From Macrostomum hystrix (lineage: Eukaryota > Animalia > Platyhelminthes): DNA of 64,000 nucleotides. Below, piece after piece: positions 34,612 to 47,111 of the stretch (positions are counted from its first letter, which is position 1; every line of letters begins with the position of its first letter). The translations under genes and the position numbers were made by a program. Location: assembly GCA_950097015.1 (NCBI GenBank), contig CATNEN010000002.1:1054001-1118000 (forward strand). Direction: 5' to 3'. The notes under the pieces were generated by a model, which was not told the origin of the DNA, did no database searches, and saw only the letters and a program-made list of their open reading frames with translations.

Positions 34612-35082
34612 ATGACCACCAAGAAAATCCTTATCGCTGTCGACGGCAGCGAGCACAGCGACCGCGCCATGGACTGGTACGCCAGCAATTTGAAATCCGT
34701 TCATGACCAGATCATCTTCGTGACTGTTGTGGAGCCGAAAGTCGCTCGGGGCTCTAGCCTGACAGCCTCAGACGCGCCCAAACACGTCTCCGAGCAGGTT
34801 GGCAACGCTATGCGCGTCACCCAGGACGTCCAGCAGCGCACGGAGGCGAAGTGCAGCAGCCTCGGTCTCCCAGCTGGCAGCTTCCGGTTCGTCGAGCGAA
34901 TCTCCAGCTCACCGGGCGCCGCCATTGTCGAAGCGGCCAACGACGAACAGGTGGATCTGATTGTCATGGGCAACCGTGGCCTTGGGACTCTACGACGCAC
35001 TTTCCTAGGCAGCGTGTCCGACTACGTGCTGCACCACGCACACCGGCCAGTAGCTGTGGTGCCGCCGAGGAAGTCGAGCTAG
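34612..35082 (+). CDS. Universal stress protein (USP family), intronless
   Basis: KKILIAVDGSEHSDRAMDW...VDLIVMGNRGLGTLRRTFLGSVSDYVLHHAHRPVAVVP is the canonical USP signature. Confidence 0.96.
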   Translation: MTTKKILIAVDGSEHSDRAMDWYASNLKSVHDQIIFVTVVEPKVARGSSLTASDAPKHVSEQVGNAMRVTQDVQQRTEAKCSSLGLPAGSFRFVERISSSPGAAIVEAANDEQVDLIVMGNRGLGTLRRTFLGSVSDYVLHHAHRPVAVVPPRKSS

Positions 35083-35679
35083 GCTGCCGAAACCAGCGGC
35101 CTGAAGCAGAATGGCAAATTGGACGGTGCATTGCTGATTTTCATAGCTTCATAGATTCCAATTATTGCTCATAATTTCTCGCACCGATCATTATACAAAC
35201 ATATTAACATTTCAAATTAATTTTTGTGTGCTACTGATGTGCTACTACTTAAAGCAATGTAAGCGAATTCAACCTGGCAAAAACTTTTTGGCATGATTTT
35301 CTCATTGTAAAAGTAATACACACGAGACTGGACTGCAACAATTGCACTTGCAACAAAATACTTCAAAGTATTTTTTTACGGATGAAAAAGAAATGCTAGT
35401 TTAGAGCTTATGGCATTTAACAATAGCCATATGTGTTTTGAAAAAATTGTAGATTAGATTGAAAGCCTAATGCTTTGACTATTTTAAAGAAAACTGTGTA
35501 TCTGCCCACTGGGCAGCTAAGGTGCGAATTGCGCAAAATTGAAACGCCACACCGGATAAAAGTTTAGCAGAGGGCGCGTTTAAAAGTGCACCATGTGGCC
35601 TCATCGCATGTCAGACATTTGGGAGCTTGGCGTAAAAATGTAAAATGTCACGTAGAGAGCCGGCCGACTCTACGTGATA

Positions 35680-35860
35680 TTGGTCGCTGTCACACGGATA
35701 TTGGACGCTGTCACACAGATATTGGTCGCTGTCACACAGATATTGGTCGCTGTCACACAGATATTGGTCGCTGTCACACGGATATTGGTCGCTGTCACAC
35801 AGATATTGGTCGCCGGCACACAGATATTGGTCGCTGGCACACAGATATTGGTCGCTGGCA
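35680..35860. repeat. 21-bp minisatellite
   Basis: Unit cacagatattggtcgctgtca, abutting a SINE A fragment. Confidence 0.95.
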
Positions 35861-36052
35861 CACACTCACATGGGTGTGCGCATCTGCCCTGACTTTCTCA
35901 TCATCAGGCAGTGTAAAATTAATTTCCTCTGCCTTAATTATTGGAGCACGACTCCCTCAAGCCACACCCCAGTTGAATATGGCTTCACCGCGTTATCAGG
36001 CTCAGGGACCTTGGTGTGAGCTGCAAAACGCTTTAGACCGCTCTACCACTCA
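35858..36052 (-). mobile_element. SINE family A, 5' part
   Basis: catctgccctgactttctcatcatcaggcagtgta and the tRNA head ...gctttagaccgctctacc match the other copies. Confidence 0.7.
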
Positions 36053-36379
36053 CTTGCTGATACTACTTTTAGTAGACATATACTTTTCGCTTCGGAAATA
36101 AAGAAGCTACGCATTTATGAAGCTCTATTGAAGCTTCAAGTGATAACTGATTTTCGGAAATTTTAAAGCTTTTATATGATTCTCACTTAGGATCATTGCA
36201 TAAGTTCAGCATAAGCAATCTTGATTAAAAAATAGCTCGTAGCATCGCTTGGTAAATAAAACTAATAAAACTTTGTATTTTATAAGAGCACATTTAAAAA
36301 ATGTTACAGAGAAAAGCGGTTTGGTTATTATAAAAGTTAATCTATAATGTTAGTCTCAGACTAGTGCGCGCACCGATTT

Positions 36380-38453
36380 TTATTCGTTTCGCGAGGCGTC
36401 AACCCCTCGATTCCGCAGCTGACAAATCAGCTGGCGTATGTCACTGTCGCTGACGCCGTAGGTGACTGTTATGCGCCTCTCATCTGCACTGTTCCTGACC
36501 TTGCGAATAGTGTCCTTGAGGCCTCCCTGGCGCTTTTTAATCATCATATTCTTCTTTGATGGCGACGGCATCGGGTAAAAAGATTTGTCAGTCTCCAATA
36601 GGGCATCTTCTCTCTGAGAATAGCCCTGTTCTTGATCCTCATTGCTCTCAGTAACGCTGCTTGAGCTGATCAACTCTTTAGCATTTCCGCTCAAAATGTT
36701 GCTGCTTGGTGTGTATGTAGAATGGCTCGGACTGTTGGCACCGGTGAAGTTTTTCGACTCAAGCGAGGATAGCGCAATTCCTAAGAACGTTTATAGCTCA
36801 TATGTTAATTAGAGCTGACTGTAGTCATTTTATTCATAGAGACTAAAGCTTTCAGCCCATCGCATGATAGCTCACTTGTTTGCCGAGCAACATTCTGATA
36901 CACCATGTTATCCAGCCTGTACACCTTATCCATAGAGTTCTGCTGTGCCAGCTCCAGCAAACGCTTATCGTGCACTACATTGTTCTTGGCCGAGACGTTG
37001 TGCGACATATCACGGACGAAAATCTCGATGCTTTCTTTACCAGTGGCCCATTGGAGCAGCTCGTCAAGATTCTCTGTCTCCGGGTGCTTCTGGTACGAAT
37101 AGAGTATCACAATTGTTGCTATGGGCTTCTGAGCTGCATGGGTTAAATAGGCCTTTTCCGGATCCAGTAGCAGAATGGAAACTACGGTGTAGTGCTTCCC
37201 GGACATCTCCTGATCAGATTCCAGTTGAGACGCTCCTCTGCTTAGCGAAGGTTCAAGTAAAAAAACTATATAAACTATTAGCCCAATAGTCGATATTTAT
37301 AAATTACAACCAACTTACGACTTGGAGCGTATCTTCTTCTGAAGCGAAAAGTCGCTAAAGCTGTGCTGCACAACGCCAGATGTCGGAAATACAACCATGT
37401 CACAGTTGTTCGGCAGCCTAGTGGCTAGAATTCTAAAATAAACTGACTGGCTAGCATTGTTTATTATAAAGAAGTTGTTCTTCCAATAGGAGTACTGATT
37501 GCCCTGATTGCGATTAAAAGTGATGGACTTGGCCGGATAGACAAACACCTCGTTGTTGGTGAGCTGCGGATGTAAGAAGATGGGTAGCAGGTACTGAGAG
37601 CAGAACAGCTCCGTGCGTCCATTGGAATTGAGACGCCAGATTTGCAGCTTGAAGTAGCGCCTAGTGTCGTGGATGGGCTCCAATTGTCCAATCGTGAAGG
37701 TCTGCGTCTTTTCTTCTGCCCGCTTGTTACTGCCCAGCTTCTCTTTGGAATGCCGAATGCAAGGCTCATCGTTTCTCGGATCGTACGTGACCTTAAGCAC
37801 CACCTTGCGACTGAATACGGTCTGACGAACCAGATGGCCAGTTTTGCCAGGACGAATTATGAAGCACTCCTTGTCGTTCTTCTTATTGTAATCTGGGCCG
37901 TTGGAAGTGATCCAGTGAATGATTAGTTTTTCCTTTCACCCACCTTATTACGCTTGCAGACTACTCATATTAAAACTCTCTAGACTGATGTTCTTGTTGC
38001 ACTTAATATACGATGTGCTTTAATAGCCTGAACGAATTAAATTTCACCTTAACCCAGTCGGCCAGATGTGAAGCCAGTAGCACAGACATACAGCGTTCGG
38101 GACTGTTCACCTGATGGACTGGTGGAGCCGCCGCCTCAGGCATCCGAATTTCTAGCCCAGTATAATGCTGCTACCACATTGCTAATAGTGTTTTACCAAC
38201 CTAGCCAGGGTTTCAGAAGCCTGCAGGAGTATTAATAAACATTCATAAGCTCACCGATATTAAATACAAAGCTGTTTTCCGAGTCGTTGTTCCACAGAGT
38301 GACAAATGAAACCCACTCTTCGCTCTCCTTTGAGTAGTTAAAGATTAGATACCTGTGCGGATCAACTTTGACCTTGTCTATCGGGCTGGAGCCGACTTTC
38401 AGTGAGGTTAGTGTGTCTGGAGTCATGGCGAGGGAAGCACGACTGGTTCGCAT
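36380..38453 (-). CDS. Putative 5-exon protein (about 559 aa) with two MSP/VAP-like Ig-fold domains
   Basis: Exons 38255-38453, 38048-38151, 37319-37932, 36876-37237, 36380-36780; GT-AG, phases sum to 1680 nt. VKVDPHRYLIFN...FVTLWNNDSENSFVFNI and VYPAKSITFN...FFIINNASQSVYFRILATRLP...VFPTSGVV both fit the MSP pattern V.P..L.F...L.L.N......FK..T..P...V.P..G. Confidence 0.6.
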
Positions 38454-39360
38454 ATTCAGCCGTCTATTATTATGCTCCTAACAAGTCTCCTAACAATTCG
38501 GTTGCATTTTTTAGCCAAATATATAATTGATTGAAGCTTCAACCGGAATATAAGAAATACTTGAGCATAGTTAGACTCAAGCCCATAGAAGCGCACTAAA
38601 ATTGGATTAACTGATTCTATTTTTGTCTGCCGTCTCGAGCCTTGCGTAAGTAAAAAATGGGATATTTGTTCATACAACTACATGAGTTTGTTATATAAAG
38701 TCTCGAAATGCTCTGCGAAATGTTGCGTCGTAGTTGTGACAAGAAATGTACATTTTTTTCTCAATGCGCCTATCAATGTTTCTTATTAATTTAGAGTCTA
38801 TGTGAAACTACCCTAATGCGAGCACTGTTGAAATTATACAGTATATATGTTAAAGCTGTTTAATTAGAAGGGTCATATGCCTTTAGGGGGATGGCACAAG
38901 AGGGGAAAGCTGATTATCTGAGATTCATTTCGATTTCGTTGTCTGGTGTCACATAACTGCTCTTTGACATTTTCTGTCACGAGAATGAAGACATTATGTG
39001 TTGTCTTAATAGAACCAACAAGCCTAATTCACCCATTTACTTTAAAAAAACTAAATTTAAACCAGCGGGTTATTAAAACAAAAATACGCAAAGCTACTGC
39101 ATAATTTTTATCACTTTTCGTTTCAATTTTTCAAAAATATGCGTTAGTGTACTATAAAATTGGGAATTTCGTTTTATGATTTGTGCTGCACATACTTTTA
39201 ACATTGTATCAAATCATTCATTTCATCAGAAATTCCGGAAAAATCGTGTGAAAATTACAGAATTAAAAAAACTCCAATTGATAAGTGAAAAGGAATATAA
39301 AATCGCATAGCAAGCAGATCACAAAGCAGATGAAATAATCTCAGTCTATTCAAAGCTAAT

Positions 39361-40230
39361 TTATTTGATATAGTTCATCGTCTCCAAGACTTCGGTTCTG
39401 CTGGACACTGAGTTCCGGCGACCACGTCTTCGCTTCACCGCCATGATGACTAGTGCAGACAGCACGAGAAGCAGCAGCAGGGCAACGATTCCTCCAGAAG
39501 CCAAGCCGATTAGAAGCGAAATGCTCGCCATGTCATCGTTCTTCAGGTCCGGCTCGTGCGAGGATGCAGCAGTTGTTGGCGTGGAAGAGGATGTGAATGG
39601 AGATTGCGAATACGAGGTGGAAAATGACAACGAGGAGGTCGAACTCGATGGAGACGACGACTGCATCGACTAAAAACTAAAAAACTAACTAAAAATATGC
39701 CATCGACTATACTTGCATGTGCCATTGTTCTTGCACTCGCAAACTTGATTGCATCCTCCTGTGGCTGGAAACAATTCGGTATTCACTGGCGTTAGGTTCT
39801 CTTTTGAGCTATTCAGCAGTTTTGATTCCATATTGAGTGGCACTTGAACAATTTCGTTGAGAACGACCTTAAGCCGGTCCGAAGTACACCGAAGTATTTT
39901 TGTTCCAAGGGAAGCTGCTCGGAAATTCGGCGGGAGTATCCACACCAAGCGGAATACCGTTCAGAACCCACCAAGTGCCACTCGAGTTCTGTAGCACTAC
40001 GGTTAGGGTAAACCACTCGCCTGAAACAATACTTATTTTCGCTTTCACATCGACCTCCACCGTATTAACCTTTCCATTCGCCGATAGCCAGATGAATATA
40101 GCTGCGAGATAGTTTTCTCTATTCCATGACACAACCAAATGACCGGTGCCAAAATTCACCAGGCCGAGAATTACGGTCGCATCTGTGCAATGGGATATGT
40201 TCGAAAATCGATATCGATTCGAAGTAGCTC
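39361..40230 (-). pseudogene. Disrupted Crumbs-like paralog (LamG, partial EGF, Ser/Thr stalk, TM)
   Basis: SSFPWNKNTSVYFG and NEIVQVPLNMESKLLN align to 47112 (GRFPWGRNTSFHIG, DQIVKVPLHTKSELLN). Frameshift near 39875 and stop near 39685; TM segment in 39361-39666. Confidence 0.7.
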
Positions 40231-42685
40231 AGATCCGCTTCCCTCAGGTGGTTGGCCTAGCCGATTTTATGTCTTTAAGTTTGTCGGTGTCTTATCAAAC
40301 GCATTATCTACCTGAATTTCTGTTTTCTCTGTTTTCACACGGTGCTTTAGTGGAGAAAAAGTTCCAGAGTAAAAACTAACGGCGAAGATAGTAAAGCCTC
40401 TTATCACTTTTCAGGTAATTCAGACAATCGTTTTTTGACTTGGCTATGCTTTTCTCGCGTCTAAATTACTTGCTAATCAATCGTTAATGAATTTAATCAA
40501 ACCCGTGGCTGGCTCCATGCGAAGGCTGGAAATCCCACTGCAGTGCTGATCCTAAAGTGGGAGGGGATCAGGCCTTACTCTTCCCAGTGTCACCCGCCCT
40601 AGTGATGATTGGTAGCTTGTTTGTGGTCCGATTGGCCAAGGTCCATTGCCTACTCTATTTCTAGGCAAGGGAGTATTAGGGTAGGGACTACTTAGAGTAG
40701 TTCTGCAACCACACTCCATAACTAAAACCTAACGAGGCTAATATTGAGGCCAGAAAGAAAGAGAATAATGGCCGCTAGAGGGACTCTATGTTGGGCATTT
40801 TCTGGTTGTCCTGGTCAGTGCTGGAAGCAAGGTCTTTCGCATAGGGGAGTTATTTTTTACATTACCCAATCCTACCTCAGCTTGGGGTGAGGAACTTGCT
40901 AAAGTTTAATTATAGAGGCTCAATCCCCTCTTACAAGGTCTGTGCCGCGTTTCGTTGGTGAAAGCCTAACCTCTCAAGAATGCGGCTCTGTGTGAAAACT
41001 GTACTGCTGTTAGTAGGGATATTAGAGTTTCATTATTGCTTAATATATTTTATTATTTTGCCTGCCAGTAAACTCCTCTTGGATCGCAGTGACTCTTTAC
41101 TCACCAGACTGCCTGCTTAAGTGAGCAGGGGAAACAGACAAAAGAATTGGATTTAGCTATTTGACAACCCTGAGCAGTGACTCAAAACTGGCAATAATTA
41201 TATTAGCCCAATGTGGTCTAAAGTAAGAGCAAATACCCTGAGTCTGGCTCAATCAAGTCGCAGCTGTACTGCAGGTCAGGTATCGGTCAGGCATGACCCA
41301 AGGGTGTCTTCTTCGTAGGAAAAGCGATGGGATTGTGTAGGGTAGAAAACACGCATCACGCGCGTGAACCGTGATGGAAAGTCTCCGTTGACCCAGCCTT
41401 GACCATCCAAAGTGCACAACCGAGCACTGCCACGTTCTGATTCGCACGACGCGGCACAGTATGCTTGGGGGTGGGTGAGGTAGCTTGTATTAGATAATAG
41501 TAACGTAATAGGCTCATTAATTATGCTTTTGCTAAATAATTACAATAATTATTTATTAAAACACACATCTTTAAGGTTACAACGAGAAGATAAATAAATT
41601 CAAGTTACATTTGGGAAAAGTACCAAGGCAAGGATTTGCGAAAATTTTAAAGGAATTTTTAGAATAAGCTTTCGTCTCGCTCGAGCGAACCAGAACAATG
41701 GGAAGCGGAGGTGGACGTTTTGAGGGATAGAACGGATAGATCAAACGGATGAGTTATCGAGTCGCAAGTTTCAACCTCCCAGGCTGGCCTCGATCAAGGC
41801 CTCCTTGAAATTTTATTCGGTAAACTGGCAACTAGTGCGCAAGTAAAATAGTAAAACTATTTATAAATAAGTTTAGAAACATTAGCTTGATTGCCTAAAA
41901 ATTTACAATTATGTGAACTGAAAATCATTCCCTTGAATGTAATAATCTATTTGTGCCTTACGCCTTTGAGCCGACGTCTGATTGTTGTGGGAACCGAGAA
42001 CTATTTTAACTGAAACGTACTTTACGAAAGTTTTATACCGCTACCAGAAAATTGACTTTTGAATTGATCAGTTGAACTGGCTCTCATTTCGCTCGTCTTT
42101 TTCGTAGCTCTTGTTTATGTCGGGAAAGTAGGTCTGATTTCCTTAGTCAAAAATTGGTCAAACACCGCTCGTGGAATTTTCTAAGAAATCCGACGAAACG
42201 AAAAATGCACGAAAACGTAAAACTCGAAAAAAAGAAATATTCTGAATCAGTTAAAAACGCGAACCTTGGTTGGACATTGGCGTATAATTGTAAAAATTAC
42301 GAGCTCCATCGACCACGCTTGACGTCAGAGAAACTATCGACGTTTTCATTCGATTAGGCTTATTCCACTATAATATATTATAATTATTAGTGTTATCTTA
42401 GAAAAAAATCAAAAGATAAAAAGTAAAATTTTGCGTAAACAATCGATTTATCATACGAAAGCCTCATTTGGGTACCTCGCATCAAATGTATTTTAAAATA
42501 GATAAATAAATGAATACATTCGAAATGAAGACTGTTACAGTTAAAAATACAACGAACTCGTTTTAAGTCCATGCATTGTTAAAGTAATAACAGTCAGGCC
42601 TGCAATTAGAACCGAAAAATTGCAACAAAAACGGGAAATTAGAGTTCAAAGTTTCTAATTTTTTGAAGTCCCTATTATCTACACA

Positions 42686-43037
42686 TGGGGTGGAGGCAGA
42701 GTGGGTTAACGCGTTGCCTCTCGCATTTGTGTCCTGAAGCTCGATTCCGCGGCGAAGCCACATTTTTTGGGGCGCAGCCGCGGAGAGAAGGCTTGGAGGC
42801 TTGTCTTACAAGGGCTTAGCCCTTGTGGGCTAACCTCCAAGGCATTGTGAAATTTACACTTGACGACGAGAAAGTCAGGGCAGATGTACACACCTGTGTG
42901 AGCGTGTGCCTGCGTACAGTATCTGTGTGCGTGTGTGCTCAGGAGTCAGCGAAGTGGGCAGAATTGTCTCCTCGCTGGCTGAGGGTCTAGTGTCACCAAA
43001 TGATGTGCCCACAGCCCTCCTGCAATTATTATTATTA
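42686..43037 (+). mobile_element. tRNA-derived SINE family A, full length
   Basis: A-box ggaggcagagtgg, B-box gctcgattcc, (ATT)n tail; ends about 60 bp from the stop of the mini-Crumbs gene. Confidence 0.85.
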
Positions 43038-43097
43038 TGCGGTTATCTACACATGTTCTGAACATATTTATTCACAATATGATTCCATGCAGCAGGT

Positions 43098-44447
43098 TCA
43101 AATTAATCGTTCGTCTTTCGGTGGTCGCATCGGATGACTCATTGCCATGCTTGTGTCTCTGCCCGCCTGCACCTCTCGTCGGCTTGGCCTATACGCTCCG
43201 GAATCTCGACGCCTCTCTCTGATGATCTTAGCGACCACGAAAGCAACAATCGCGATAATAAGGATGGCAATTATGATGCTAACTGTGACGCTAATTATTA
43301 GAGTAATATCTAGTCCCGGCTGTAGCTCAAACTCGGTGCAATTTCTGCCGGAATACCCTGACGCACAGATGCAGTTGTAATCGAGTGACTCCGGATGCTC
43401 GAGTTCGCCAGTAAGAGTGCAATTCACAGTGTTGCTCTGACACGCTTGGCAAATATTGAAGCTCTGGCATCGTGTTCCCAGATAATCTTGGGTGCAATTG
43501 CATTCATAATTTTCGACGCCTGGCTTGTTGGAGCAGGTACCCCCATTCTGGCATCGTAGTTCCATGTCCAAATTTTCGCAAGTGTTCCATTCGCTCTTGC
43601 ACATCGAGTCGGGTGTGTAGCCCCGGGTGCAGTTGCATCTTTCCAGCAAGTCCCACTGACGGTAGATGCACATGCCGTTCGGCTCGCAAGGACAAGGCGC
43701 CTGACGACACCCAGCCTCCTCTGGCAGCCTGGATGTAGAGTCCAGCCGCAGGTAGTCCGTGATGTTCAGCAGATCCGATTTCGAAGAAAGCGGCATCGAT
43801 ATTATGTTATCAAGGCTGACATTGGCAAAGCAGCCCCTGAATGTGCCAGCTATTTCAATCGATGTACTATTGTCCCAAGGAAAATAATAAGTGTAATTTT
43901 TCAACAGCTCATCCTGGATTGTTTCACCGTTATATACTAGCGATCCATTACTCTCTGCAGTCATTGTTAAATGGTGCCAGGAGCCGTTCGCAACACCTGG
44001 AGCCGGACGGATGAGCTCTTCATAAGCCAGTTCGCTAACGTTATGTCCTTCGGGATTTCGCAAATATATTAGTCGCACTTTAACTTCATCAGCTGATTGA
44101 ATCTGGACCGTAAGGGTTTCGTTTCGCTGATTGACAATTGAGAACAGGAAAGAATTGCTTGCTTGAGATGTGCGAAAATTCAAATTTATTTGTTCCAACA
44201 GAGTCTTGTTGGCACTCGCTGAACCGGCGAGATGAAACCGAGCTGAGTTCGATTCATTAAACGTGCCGCTTTCCGGTGTTGAAGAAATATCGAAATCTTT
44301 AATGGCCAAATATGATGATGTGTGGACACTTCCAGAAAACAACAAGATAACTGCTATAAACAGGCGAGGCTGCATACTAATAATTCTTCTGTAAGCTTGA
44401 GCTTCGTCGCTTTTAGCTGACAGATTTCGATCGCGCCTGAGTAACAT
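43098..44447 (-). CDS. Short Crumbs-like type I membrane protein: signal peptide, LamG, 3 EGF, TM, Crumbs tail
   Basis: Tail RRRDSGAYRPSRREV...RPPKDERLI has the Crumbs FERM-binding GxYxPSxxE and PDZ-binding ERLI motifs. Three 6-Cys EGF repeats; LamG motifs (LNFRTS, WHHLTM, FRGCFANV). Likely start at the second Met (MQPRLFIAVILLF). Confidence 0.9.
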   Translation of the reverse strand: MLLRRDRNLSAKSDEAQAYRRIISMQPRLFIAVILLFSGSVHTSSYLAIKDFDISSTPESGTFNESNSARFHLAGSASANKTLLEQINLNFRTSQASNSFLFSIVNQRNETLTVQIQSADEVKVRLIYLRNPEGHNVSELAYEELIRPAPGVANGSWHHLTMTAESNGSLVYNGETIQDELLKNYTYYFPWDNSTSIEIAGTFRGCFANVSLDNIISMPLSSKSDLLNITDYLRLDSTSRLPEEAGCRQAPCPCEPNGMCIYRQWDLLERCNCTRGYTPDSMCKSEWNTCENLDMELRCQNGGTCSNKPGVENYECNCTQDYLGTRCQSFNICQACQSNTVNCTLTGELEHPESLDYNCICASGYSGRNCTEFELQPGLDITLIISVTVSIIIAILIIAIVAFVVAKIIRERRRDSGAYRPSRREVQAGRDTSMAMSHPMRPPKDERLI

Positions 44448-47111
44448 GCGCCAACTTAAAGAGATTGTCCTCAGGTAGCGTATATTTTAGCCTCGATTAG
44501 TACGCACCTCGGGGCTGACTGCACCACGTAAGCGCATGCACATTTTTTGCAATGCCTTGCTTAGATAAGATACTAAGCACATACCAATTTGCTTGTGGCA
44601 CATACCAATCAAGTTTCATAAATTCGCCATTTGCTGTGCTTGGCACAGAAAAAAACACTGCCACTATCGCATGCCTACTTGGCTTGACGCAGCCAGTTTA
44701 GATGTATTTCATTACATTTCACTTCAGTCCCAATTATTGTCTTCCTTTAGTCCAAAGCGGTGCAGGACAACAAGACGGCTCCGCTGCGGCAGTCGAGACC
44801 GTCGGGTCTACGACATAAGCCAGACAGCCGTTTGCCAGCTGGAAACGAGGCCCTGTATAACAAAGCCCGTCAACTATTCCGCACCTTAAGCGGCTTCAGG
44901 TGGATGACCACGACTCCTTATTTCCCTACAGGTGGTCTCGTCTCGTCTCGGAGCAATAATATCAGAGTTTTCGCAAAAAAATAATAAAACCCATGTTTTT
45001 AGTCCGCAATGAATAAACTTCGCATTTGCTCGTGAAAATGTACTCAGACTATGGGCAAAAACAGTTGTTCATACCTGAGAATATTTTGCGAGTCTTATGA
45101 AATGATCGTCAGCGACTAGTAAATGATAGGCTTTATGAATGAAGAAAGGTAGCAGCTACGAGTACTAAGAGTAGCTCAGATTTCTACGTGTGAGGACACC
45201 ATATGAGCTGGATCGGCTTGTAGTCCACGAACTCAGATGCAGAAGAAAACAAAGCCTTTACATTTTCCAGCTTAGATTAAACTTTATCAATAATTTTGAA
45301 TTTTATCAATATCTTGAGGAGAGCATGACAACCGTTGATAAGGATCGTGATGCATGCTCCGACTCCGGAGCATGCATCGTTTCGTTGATATCGTTCAGGC
45401 GCTGCACTCTGGCAGGTCTTCTCGCGGTCTAACAGACATTGCTCATGTCGCACGTTGGTGCGGGAAGCCGCTCTTACACATCCTTCTCAATTACTTTGCC
45501 AACGCCCCCATCATGCCGCTTGGTATGACACAGCAGGCGAAAATTTATGTCGAGGCTCTTTCCAACAACACACGGAATAAGTATCTGATTATCGGAAAAC
45601 GTATTCTCAGTGCCAAAGTGTGTTATCAACTCGCGCCTCAGAATGTTGCTAGTTGAATTACACTTTTCTGACGCTACAGAACTCCGGAATTGCTTCCACA
45701 CAAGTAAAGGTGTGAGTTCATATAGCTCTCTTCTCCCATAGCTTCCTATATAGCTCCCATAGCTATATAGCTTCCTTTGACCTTTCGATAATTATATTTT
45801 ATTTAATCCAAGCTATGCTTGTGTTGTGTTTGCTTACTTGTGTGGAGAGTAGAATGCTCAACGTGCTACTTAAAGTAATGACACGGGTAAGTGTAAGCAA
45901 TAACTGATGATCTTTTTTAGGACTCGAATGCTATTTTTAGACATGGCTTTACGTTACTTAGGAATATTACATAATGGCAAAACGGTTCTTAACTGCAGTT
46001 TTTCCAACACTTCCATAAATGGTAGCATTCACCTGAAACTCCCCAAAATGCAGCTGAGCAAAAACGCTTGACCCCAATATTTCTGATACAATAAAATTTG
46101 CTTTGCGTGTTAATGAATTGAGTTCTTTATAGCCAGCTTTAGTCGTTAACGAGATCCGCATATCGTCGACGCATTTGAGAAAGGCTTTGTATACAGAGCT
46201 GTTGCGCACAGGTTACAGAGCTTACAGGATTTATTGATTGAATAAAGATACACTTTGCGCTTCAGACATAACAAAGATGACACCCTTCCTGAGGAACTAG
46301 GCAAGATTTTAAGCGATTTTTATTGGGCGCACGTTCTATTGCGAATTCCGAGTTCGAAGACATTGTTAAGGATTCTTATTCACTCTCGACATCGGTCAAC
46401 CCATAGATAAAGTTTGAGCACAGTACGAGCGTAGTGACAGCGGCCAGTTCTACCACCCTCAGACGACTAAGGAGAGGCTCCGCAACACCTGAACAAGAAA
46501 CAAACACTCGGCCGATTAAGAAGCTGAAGCAGTAGAAAGTAACCTGAGTAAGTGCCTACATTTTCTAATCCTGAGTTGTTAACTAATTGGTATGTGAAAT
46601 TGGTGAAATACGATCAGTAGCATGGCTTCGATCATTAACTTTTTAAGTCAGTCTGCTAATTTTTCTATAAAGTCTTTGAATACTTACTTGAATTTATTTT
46701 AAGAAATTGTTTTCTTGATTGGAAAGCCCAGAGAGCCTGTTAAAAGCAAATTTCACAGTACACTCCGACCTTGTTTGATATTTCATACCAAATATTTCAG
46801 CTCTTTTTCTAAGAGTAAATATGATAAGCTATGCACGCCGGGGCTTTGCGAAGATCACTGTATATCACTAAATTTAGACCTGAGTCTTGAGTCATGTGTG
46901 GCTTTTTATCAATAGATATATTGAATTTTTGTACGTTACTGAAATGACTTGGAGATATGACCACACATAATGCTGACACTTAGCCGCCCTTAAAAAGCCT
47001 GCCTCTTATCGCCAAAATCACCGACCTTGAATATCGAATGATAGACCAGGCACTGGGACAAGCATTGAAAGTCTACGGCTAAAAAACACATTGCCTAAGA
47101 TTTAGACCAGC

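Noticed and set aside
38456-38677. 73-aa ORF abutting the MSP-like gene start
   Set aside because: No motif and no in-frame or splice link that I could support
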